Positions 56,249 to 64,000 of a stretch of DNA of 64,000 bases are shown piece after piece. The DNA lies in assembly GCA_937625935.1 (NCBI GenBank), contig OW569387.1, positions 248,001 through 312,000 of the forward strand, in the 5' to 3' direction. Below the pieces are notes generated by a model, which made no database searches, was not told the origin of the DNA, and was given only the letters and a program-made list of their open reading frames with translations. How positions within the stretch are numbered: position 1 is the stretch's first letter; every line of letters starts with the position of its first letter. This DNA comes from Tetramitus jugosus (taxonomy: Eukaryota > Protista > Heterolobosea). The position numbers were made by a program, and so were the translations under genes.

Positions 56249-57175
56249 ATGGGCTGGGCAAACAACACCAACGCGGCGAATAGTTCACCCATATCATCAT
56301 CAGCAACAGCAACACAAGATGACTCCAGTAACAACAAACTACAGATAATGGAGGAACTTTCTCTCGACATTCAAAATTTTGCTTCCATGAAAAAAACGCT
56401 GCAAGAGTACACCCGAGCAATGGGCACAAGTCGGGATAATGAAAAACTCCGACTCCGATTGAAACAACTCAAAAATAAAGCATCTACGACGGAGCAACGC
56501 ATTTCCAAGCATTTGACCAAGCGGTTGGATTCTGCGCGAGCTCTCAATGACGTCAAGCGGAAACAGCTACAAAAATTAAATGAACAATTTTTGACTGTTC
56601 GCGAGGAGTACTCCAAAGCACTCCGTGAATGTACTCTACAAGAAAAAAAACACAGTGGCGGAGGTAGCTCTCTGTCACCTACAAGCGGTGGTCGCTCATC
56701 ACTTGCGTCTCCCTCTTCCAAATATGGAAATGAGAGCACTGATCGAAATGATAGCAGTGATGACGATGATAGTGATGATGAGAGCAGTGTCATGTCTGTC
56801 ATGATGCAACAACAGCTCCAACTCAAGAAGAAGGAGAAGCAAAAGCAACAAAAGGAAAGCTTGAAATCTCAAGGTGTGTTGTCTGCGTCGGATTCTGCCA
56901 CATTGGACGTTCACAAGGTGATTGCCATGGAAACGAATAGGGAATTGGAGTCGCTGGAAGCTGATTTTTTGGAGCTTCACGAATGTTTTCAAGATATGAA
57001 CACACTGATCAAGGAACAAGGTGAGAGCATCAATATCATTTATGATAATGTGTCTAGGGCAAGAGAAGATGTCGAGATTGGAGTGGAAGATATCAAGGCA
57101 GCTGATGATATGAATTTGAACAAGGGACTCAGGAGTGGAGTGTCAAAATTGTTTGGTTTTGGACGCTTCTTTTAA
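56249..57175 (+). CDS. Syntaxin-like Qa-SNARE without a transmembrane anchor
   Basis: MGTSRDNEKLRLRL Habc region; LESLEADFLELHECFQDMNTLIKEQGESINII SNARE motif. Confidence 0.85.
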   Translation: MGWANNTNAANSSPISSSATATQDDSSNNKLQIMEELSLDIQNFASMKKTLQEYTRAMGTSRDNEKLRLRLKQLKNKASTTEQRISKHLTKRLDSARALNDVKRKQLQKLNEQFLTVREEYSKALRECTLQEKKHSGGGSSLSPTSGGRSSLASPSSKYGNESTDRNDSSDDDDSDDESSVMSVMMQQQLQLKKKEKQKQQKESLKSQGVLSASDSATLDVHKVIAMETNRELESLEADFLELHECFQDMNTLIKEQGESINIIYDNVSRAREDVEIGVEDIKAADDMNLNKGLRSGVSKLFGFGRFF

Positions 57176-57444
57176 ATCACTTTGAGACCACTTGTTGTAA
57201 AACTGGTTATTGATTGTATAAAATTTTTGTCACTGTAGTTACAACCTTCCAAATGTGCTATTGTTCGTGCTGTGTTCCGTCTCGGAGAAATGCCACTTGA
57301 CCATTACTTGATTGATTCTCACCTGGGATCTCAGATTCATCTCAAGCTTTCATAAAAAACTACACCGACGATAGACTTGAACGACAACTTGATCATTCAA
57401 CACGTGAGAAACCAAGATAAAAACCTGACCACCAACAAGAAGAA

Positions 57445-58044
57445 ATGATGGCTGAATCTCCACTGCAACAATTTGAACAACAACCTTCACATATCTATCC
57501 CAGTCAGACTGTGACTGTTCGGAGAGGCGGCTTTGCCATCCACACGGATATAGAAGATGCGTACCATAGTTTGAAACAAAACAACAAGTACAGATTCATT
57601 ATACTGAAACTGGACACTGAACGATGGGAAGAAATGACATTGGAGCACGTTGGAGATCGATGGAACTCGTGGAAGGATTTTGTGGAACTGTTGCCAACAA
57701 ACGATTGTCGCTACGGTATCATTGAACTCGATTTTAACAATGACGAAAAACCGTTTTCTCAGAGTAGGCTCGTGTTTGTTCGATGGGCACCGGAGGGTGC
57801 AACCATCAAGAGCAAGATGCTGTATGCTGCGAGCAGTGCTTTGCTAAAGAATAGATATGCATGTGATCTGACACTGCAGGCAACGAGTGCTCAGGATGTT
57901 TCAATGGATGGAATTCTGGATATTGTGAGTCCGAACAATGAAGCAACGTTGCGTGTTCCGAAGGCTCCCACGGATCTTGTGCGTAACTTGCGACAGTGTC
58001 AAACGAAAGCTGTTCTGCCCGATGTCAGTATTTCTTTTCTTTGA
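57445..58044 (+). CDS. ADF/cofilin-family protein
   Basis: KYRFIILKL, LPTNDCRYG, LVFVRWAPEGATIKSKMLYAAS, LQAT. Confidence 0.88.
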   Translation: MMAESPLQQFEQQPSHIYPSQTVTVRRGGFAIHTDIEDAYHSLKQNNKYRFIILKLDTERWEEMTLEHVGDRWNSWKDFVELLPTNDCRYGIIELDFNNDEKPFSQSRLVFVRWAPEGATIKSKMLYAASSALLKNRYACDLTLQATSAQDVSMDGILDIVSPNNEATLRVPKAPTDLVRNLRQCQTKAVLPDVSISFL

Positions 58045-58333
58045 TTGTAATAAACACCATTGTAAATAATTCTGTTAGTACCATTTGTATTGAGTACCAG
58101 GGATTCTATCCAAGGGTCTCTAGAGGAATTGCGTGCGTGACACATGACATTCCAACTGGCTTGGTAAATTGAAAGAATGATGTGGCAGCACAGGTTCAAA
58201 AACACGCTTCACCCCAAATTGAATTCCGCCACATCATTTCTCCCGCCACCCTCGAAAAAAAAAACATCTTGTTGTTGGACATCACAAACAAACAAAATCA
58301 TCATCCACCTGCTTGTCATAAATACTATATAAA

Positions 58334-60547
58334 ATGTCCAGCCAACAACAACAGCGCTCACTCATTGTACGAAGCTGCCTGTTGGTTTTGTTGCTGCTCA
58401 CTATTGCAGCTACTGTACTTGCCGCCAAAAAAACGGCAAAAAAAGCTCCTCTACAGCTTCGCGCCAAAATCGACAGCTCATTGTTCAAGAACAGACAGGG
58501 TCCACCCAGTGAGTTCAATCAACACAAATTGCCTGAACCAAGTCAAGCATCCCAGTCATCTGACTCTGCACTGTTGCCCATCCGTTTCCAACAGAGCCCT
58601 TCAGATGCTAAAAAGCTTGTTTGGACTGGAAAGCTACCAGTCGACAGCACTACAATGATCTCATTGTCTCTCATGAGTGTCTTGGCAAAGCAACTCGAAG
58701 TAAAGCTATTGGATCAAAGAGAGAATGAAAAGCCAGTCATCAAGTCTCAAATTGAATGGATGGGTTTCAATGAACAAAACGGTGTTCCTACTTTGAGCTA
58801 CCATGTACAGAATTTACAACCAGGAATGCGTTTGTTTGAGATTACTTGCCCAAGTGATGCACCAGAGCTGTCCATGATCAATGACAGACAACCTCATGTT
58901 CAACTATTGTTGTTCAATGACTCTCCTGTGCGATCTCAAACTCAATTGCTCAATTATGAGTTGCAAGTGGGTGAAACCATTGGATTCACTGCCTTTTTGT
59001 TTGAGGGAAGATCGGACAAGACTGCTGCTGCTGTTCCTTTGAGCTCTTCCTCCGCATCCTCTTCCACCAATCAACCAAAGCCTATTCGTCTTGGTGATTT
59101 GGCCAATCCTGCCACCTCTAGCATTATTGCTGATATGGATGTGACGATGCCTGATGGTGAAGAACGTATCTTTACCATGCACGACAATGGTATGCTTGGT
59201 GATGGACAGGCAAATGACGGTGTGTTTGGTGCTTCATTGAAGGCCACTCAACCAGGTATCTATGTGGTTCAAGTGGTGATGAGAGCTCAGATTGATGTCT
59301 CCAACACTAACAACAACCATACTGCCAAGGGTGAACCAATCTCTATTTTGCGTACTTCACAACACGTGATTACTGTTGTTGAAGATGCAATGACACTCAT
59401 TCCTGACAGAGCATCCCTTGAAGTGTCTCAAAACGATGAAATGATTGACATTGTTTTGAACGCAAAGCCATACAGTGAAGAGACATTTGGAAAGCAATTT
59501 GTTGCTTATGCTGAAGTTTATGGTGCTTCCTTGGAGAGCAATGGAAAGGATTTTGTTCCTGTTGCTTGGATCAACGGTATGACTATTGCCGAGAAGGATG
59601 AGGCCACTGGACTCGTTGTGCTCAAACTCAAGATGAGTGCCAACTGGCTCTCATTGGCAAAGGCCTCCCTGCCACTCAAACTCAAGAACGTGTACGTCTT
59701 GGATGTGAATACATTTGTACCATTGAGCACTTTGGCTGAGACTGCAGAGTTGTCTTCCGCTGTCAATGCAAAGAAGCTCTTGTTGACCCATCCAATGTTT
59801 TTGAACTACAATGGCACCATTACTCAGAACATGAAGACTGGACCACGTCCTGTTGCTCTCATGCAATCAACCAGAAAGGCTGCTTCCAATGGACACAAGT
59901 TGTTGCTCGTCCACGGATACTGCGCTGCTGGCAATCCATTCTCTGAGGAAGACTTTACTAACTATGAGGCATTCTTGGATCCATCTCAAAGCAGAAGCAA
60001 CGACGAGTTTGCCAAGTTGATTGCAGAGTTTGCACAAGACTTCTCATCAATCAGTGTTATTGGTCACTCTCAAGGTGGTTTGGCTTCCTTGCACTTGCTC
60101 AACTTCTACTGGTCTCATGCTGATAATGCAAAGTCCACTGCTGACTACAGAGTGCTTCAATCCGTTGGTTCTCCATACAGAGGAACTGGATTGGCAGGCA
60201 CTTTGGCCTCTATCGGTAAGGCTGTTGGCTTTGGTTGTGGTTCAAACACTGATTTGACCCATGACGGTGCAGAGAGATGGTTGTCTACGATCTCCATGGA
60301 CGCAAGATCCAACGTCTACTATCACACCAGTCAATACGAGCCATACTCTTGGTGTAACATTGCTGCAAATGCTGTCTTGTCTTGGCCTAATGACGGTACC
60401 ACCGAACAAAAGTATAACAACTTGGACGGTGCAACATCGGTTGTCCATTTGGAGGGATGGTGCCACACTAGTGGAATGAAGTATCCATCTCAATGTACCA
60501 ACCATGAACAAAACAAGGTCATGAACAGTCTTGCTCACCCAAAGTAA
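58334..60547 (+). CDS. Secreted conditioned-medium-factor (CMF)-like protein with C-terminal alpha/beta hydrolase
   Basis: Signal peptide; HDNG..GD..ANDGVFG; LLLVHGYC, GHSQGG, QSVGSPYRGT, NDG, WCHT. Confidence 0.8.
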   Translation: MSSQQQQRSLIVRSCLLVLLLLTIAATVLAAKKTAKKAPLQLRAKIDSSLFKNRQGPPSEFNQHKLPEPSQASQSSDSALLPIRFQQSPSDAKKLVWTGKLPVDSTTMISLSLMSVLAKQLEVKLLDQRENEKPVIKSQIEWMGFNEQNGVPTLSYHVQNLQPGMRLFEITCPSDAPELSMINDRQPHVQLLLFNDSPVRSQTQLLNYELQVGETIGFTAFLFEGRSDKTAAAVPLSSSSASSSTNQPKPIRLGDLANPATSSIIADMDVTMPDGEERIFTMHDNGMLGDGQANDGVFGASLKATQPGIYVVQVVMRAQIDVSNTNNNHTAKGEPISILRTSQHVITVVEDAMTLIPDRASLEVSQNDEMIDIVLNAKPYSEETFGKQFVAYAEVYGASLESNGKDFVPVAWINGMTIAEKDEATGLVVLKLKMSANWLSLAKASLPLKLKNVYVLDVNTFVPLSTLAETAELSSAVNAKKLLLTHPMFLNYNGTITQNMKTGPRPVALMQSTRKAASNGHKLLLVHGYCAAGNPFSEEDFTNYEAFLDPSQSRSNDEFAKLIAEFAQDFSSISVIGHSQGGLASLHLLNFYWSHADNAKSTADYRVLQSVGSPYRGTGLAGTLASIGKAVGFGCGSNTDLTHDGAERWLSTISMDARSNVYYHTSQYEPYSWCNIAANAVLSWPNDGTTEQKYNNLDGATSVVHLEGWCHTSGMKYPSQCTNHEQNKVMNSLAHPK

Positions 60548-60634
60548 ATGAACCATTGTCTTGATTCACATTTCCGAATTCCAATACCTCGTTGTTCGTA
60601 AATTCGTCTTGATCAAAAAACGTTCTAACTACAC

Positions 60635-61947
60635 ATGTCATCAGCACAGGGTATATGGAATCCCAAATCTGATGAGATTTTGAAACGAAATGAGAGGTAC
60701 TTGGCCATCCTTCACTCTATAGGTAAGAATACCGATGAAGCTCATGCTTGCATCCAAAGATTGGAGCACCAAAGAGATATAGCCAAAAAGGTATAGATCG
60801 TTTCGTTCGACCCCTACATTAAATTACTGAACTCAAGAAGTATTTAACACATGCTGATCGTACGTATTTAGAATGAGAAGCGTTATTCAACAGTATTGCT
60901 GAAAGATTTGAGGAATCAACGCAAGACTTCCTCAATGATGGATTCAACTCCATTCAGCAAGACCGGTAATAATAGTACGTAATGTTGGGCTTCACATGCA
61001 CATCCTCTCAGTTGTTTGACTCCTAAACTCATGAACTACTAGGTAGAAACAACAAGAAAGAAGTGTGGCAACTTCCTCTACAGATCGCAGTCGAGACTTT
61101 ATCAGATGAATACTTGCTCTCAATCAATGAAAGGTATCCTGATATTGATATTGACGTAAATATGTTTACTGTGGAGGATATTCAATCGTTCGAACCAAAT
61201 TCTCGCTACTATGAACAGATGGAAGATTTGATACATTCTCCTGGCCGATCTATTCCCAAACTGAGAGATGATGTTCTCCAATACAGAATAAACGAAGAAA
61301 GAAAACGAATACAGGATGAAGAGGAGGGGAAGAAGGTAGAGCGGAAGAAGAAGTTCATCTCTCGTCTTAACGCATCAAAAAAGTTAATCTTGTTCACAAA
61401 CCTTGTACAAGGAACGAAGAAAACAAGAGTAGAAGAACCAGAGATGGAATCGAGGGAAGCTATCGAAGAACAGGAAGAAGAGGATGTCACTAGCTTGGTG
61501 AGATCAACAGTGGGAAGTTTATGGGAGAATGAAAAGTTCAAGAAGTACTTTGCACAAGAGAATCAAAAGAGGGAACACCTTGAGGGACACAAACATTCTT
61601 CGAGATATACCAGCCGGCACAGTCCTTCAAACTTTTCTTCCACCAACCATACATCCTCCTTTAACAATCGTCTCCACAAAGAAACAAGGGACGGACAAAG
61701 ATATCACACATCTGTCTCTCCCTTCGAGACAATGAAGACTAGAAATCGGTCATCCAGCTACTCGCACCCCAATTTGGCGATACCACAGAGAGATATGGGA
61801 ACAAAGCTCACCATTTCGTCAATAAGCAGACCACGCTCAGAATCACTTCTAAAAGCTCCACCGCTCTCGATCTCGTCGACCAGTAGACTTCAATCAGCTT
61901 CTCCTAATGACAATAATTACTCAAGGGAAGCCACAAGCCACAGGTGA
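60635..61947 (+). CDS. Hypothetical protein, three exons (introns 60791-60871, 60966-61042)
   Basis: Two GT-AG introns connect ATG 60635 in frame with ORF 61063-61947. Confidence 0.65.
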
Positions 61948-61975
61948 GAGAATAGTTTAAGGAGGATGAACACTG

Positions 61976-63157
61976 TTATATGTTCTTTTTATTCACAGTG
62001 AGATCAGATGCTTGAGCTCCTGTCTGTGAAGATAAACAAACGCGATATTGAATTGAATCTACCGAGGGTACATTCGTGTCTAATTTCTCTCTGACCACAC
62101 GGAAACCATCCTTGTCATTCTTGAACACATATTCCAGCATGAGGAAGAAGATGCGACGAACAAAGGGTGAGAAATGCAATGAAAGCATCAACACAGGCCA
62201 ACATATCATTGTACACAACAAGAAGAGCAGACCAACATATCGGAACACAAATTCAACCAAAATATCATGCCAATACAATTCAAACAACGAGTATGGCAAG
62301 AAAACAAACCTCATCGCCACAATAAATACAATTGCAGGTACCAATCTCAAAACCAATAGATTCATAACAGTTGCTAATCCCCACTCCCACACAATCGTCT
62401 TCACAACTATTGAAAAAAGAACAACGGGGCCAGACAAGAACAATCGAATCATCACCCAACTGTTCCAAACTATCTGGTACATGAATGAAACAACATAATA
62501 CACTTGTCTCAGTAGAGATGACGACGTATTACTCTCACTACCATTTTCTTGTTCGTTAACTTCCATATCATTCGCATCAATTTCGCTATCATTCGTTTTG
62601 TGCTTGGCCAACCAATAATTCTTGATAGAAGCAGGCACAATCGAATCCACAAAGCTCCGTACTGGTTTCTGCAATACAGGTGGTACAAAATACTGTTCCA
62701 CATCCCGAATGATACTCTGTCTGACATGGGCACTGAATGGAGAAGAAACTACACCATTGTGATCGTCACTGCTATCATCCACTGTTGTTAACAATAGGAA
62801 TCCAATGTACAACACTAATGCACCCAACACTTCAACAAGAATCCAAGCACCTCTCCCTACCACATTTAACAAAACAGTCCAAATGAAGACCACATAGGTA
62901 GATTGTTCAACACCTTGTTCCTGACTCTTCTGTTGTACAAATCCAGGCAAGACAATTGTCATCAATTTTCGTGTCACTTGATAACCAACGGCCAATATTA
63001 ATGGCACTCCAAATAACAGAAACAACAATCCCCAGTACTTGATCAGAGAAATGGAATAATTCTTCCACTTTTTCATGTTTTTGTTCCGTGATCCGATTCC
63101 AGTTTTTTCTGGAAGTCGTGAAACTTCAAAGTGCCGCCAAAAAAATTTCCACCACAA
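61976..63157 (-). CDS. Hypothetical multi-pass membrane protein
   Basis: 393-aa ORF with several hydrophobic helices; start uncertain. Confidence 0.65.
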   Translation of the reverse strand: MWWKFFWRHFEVSRLPEKTGIGSRNKNMKKWKNYSISLIKYWGLLFLLFGVPLILAVGYQVTRKLMTIVLPGFVQQKSQEQGVEQSTYVVFIWTVLLNVVGRGAWILVEVLGALVLYIGFLLLTTVDDSSDDHNGVVSSPFSAHVRQSIIRDVEQYFVPPVLQKPVRSFVDSIVPASIKNYWLAKHKTNDSEIDANDMEVNEQENGSESNTSSSLLRQVYYVVSFMYQIVWNSWVMIRLFLSGPVVLFSIVVKTIVWEWGLATVMNLLVLRLVPAIVFIVAMRFVFLPYSLFELYWHDILVEFVFRYVGLLFLLCTMICWPVLMLSLHFSPFVRRIFFLMLEYVFKNDKDGFRVVREKLDTNVPSVDSIQYRVCLSSQTGAQASDLTVNKKNI

Positions 63158-63218
63158 ACAACGTAAACAACAACAATAACATCAATCAACTACTAACAAC
63201 AACTACTAACAACGAACA

Positions 63219-64000
63219 ATGAGCAAGGTAATCAGTGACAAATTACCAACAGCAGAAGACATCAAACAAACCAATCAAATCATCCAATACCTCAAATCTC
63301 AGCCTGGTATTTATCCGACAGAGCAAGAAGAACTACAGCGGAAAAATGCACTCTCCGCTCTTCATACCATTATTGAGCAATGGCTCTCACACGAACAATT
63401 ATCCTCATCTTCCACTAATAATACTCCGACAACAATTATTCCGATCCCTTTTCGAATAGAGACATTTGGAAGCTATGCACTCAATGTTTATCACTCGTCA
63501 AGTGATATTGACGCACTTTTACTTGTTCCCCACTTTATCAAGAAACAAAGTTTTTTCAATGGTCTCTATCGAATGTTGCAATTGGATGCAAACGTGACGG
63601 AACTCATCTCCGTGTCCGACGCGTTTGTCCCCGTGCTCAAATTTCACTTGTTGAATATTCCGATTGATTTACTGTTTTGTTCGTTGCCATTTGATCAAGT
63701 ATCGGAGAAATTTGATGTCATGGAAGATTCCATTTTGTTTTCATTGGACAGTGAATCACAGAGAGCGATTAATGGACCGAGAGTTGCTCATCAAATGATG
63801 CGTCTAGTGCCTCATTTTGATCATTTTAAAACGACACTTCAATGTGTAAAGTTGATTGCTAGACGAAGAGGATTCTATGGCAGTGTCATGGGTTATCTCG
63901 GAGGTGTATCATTGGCAGTGTTGGTTGGCATGGTTTGTCAATGTTATCCCAATGCATTGCCCAACGTGCTTTTGCATCGATTCTTCAAAATGTATGCCAG
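63219..64000 (+). CDS. Canonical poly(A) polymerase, N-terminal part (runs off window)
   Basis: MSKVISDKLPT..TFGSYALNV..SDIDAL, DAFVPVLKF..IDLLF, INGPRV, GYLGGVS. Confidence 0.93.
   Translation, partial: MSKVISDKLPTAEDIKQTNQIIQYLKSQPGIYPTEQEELQRKNALSALHTIIEQWLSHEQLSSSSTNNTPTTIIPIPFRIETFGSYALNVYHSSSDIDALLLVPHFIKKQSFFNGLYRMLQLDANVTELISVSDAFVPVLKFHLLNIPIDLLFCSLPFDQVSEKFDVMEDSILFSLDSESQRAINGPRVAHQMMRLVPHFDHFKTTLQCVKLIARRRGFYGSVMGYLGGVSLAVLVGMVCQCYPNALPNVLLHRFFKMYA

Overview
Gene-dense, intron-poor eukaryotic DNA from a flagellated protist (IFT172 present; the EGF, RCC1 and F-box repertoire suggests a heterolobosean, by inference only). Housekeeping genes (IFT172, mitochondrial S16, SLU7, IDI1, Sar1-like, mitochondrial carrier, HTATSF1, SLC38A9-like, syntaxin, cofilin-like, poly(A) polymerase) surround two accessory zones, each anchored on RNA polymerase III genes. 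Zone 1 (11.0-22.2 kb): a tRNA-Asp(GTC) gene has a stack of three 5'-truncated non-LTR retroelements 47-54 bp upstream, all with 5' ends facing the tRNA. They show two overlapping 16-bp target-site duplications, an age gradient and covarying 3'-UTR hairpins; one looks like an ORF1-only non-autonomous element. A decayed island follows (CACTA-type transposase fragment, HMG-box-like ORF, stop-riddled frames). Zone 2 (43-56 kb): two dispersed 5S rRNA genes and three 5S 3'-end remnants are interleaved with an NBD-only Hsp70 and with intact and deletion-collapsed F-box/LRR and BTB/SPRY paralogs. The best candidate for an undescribed system is the tRNA-targeted, TRE5-like retrotransposon family. All calls are by eye; no database searches were run.
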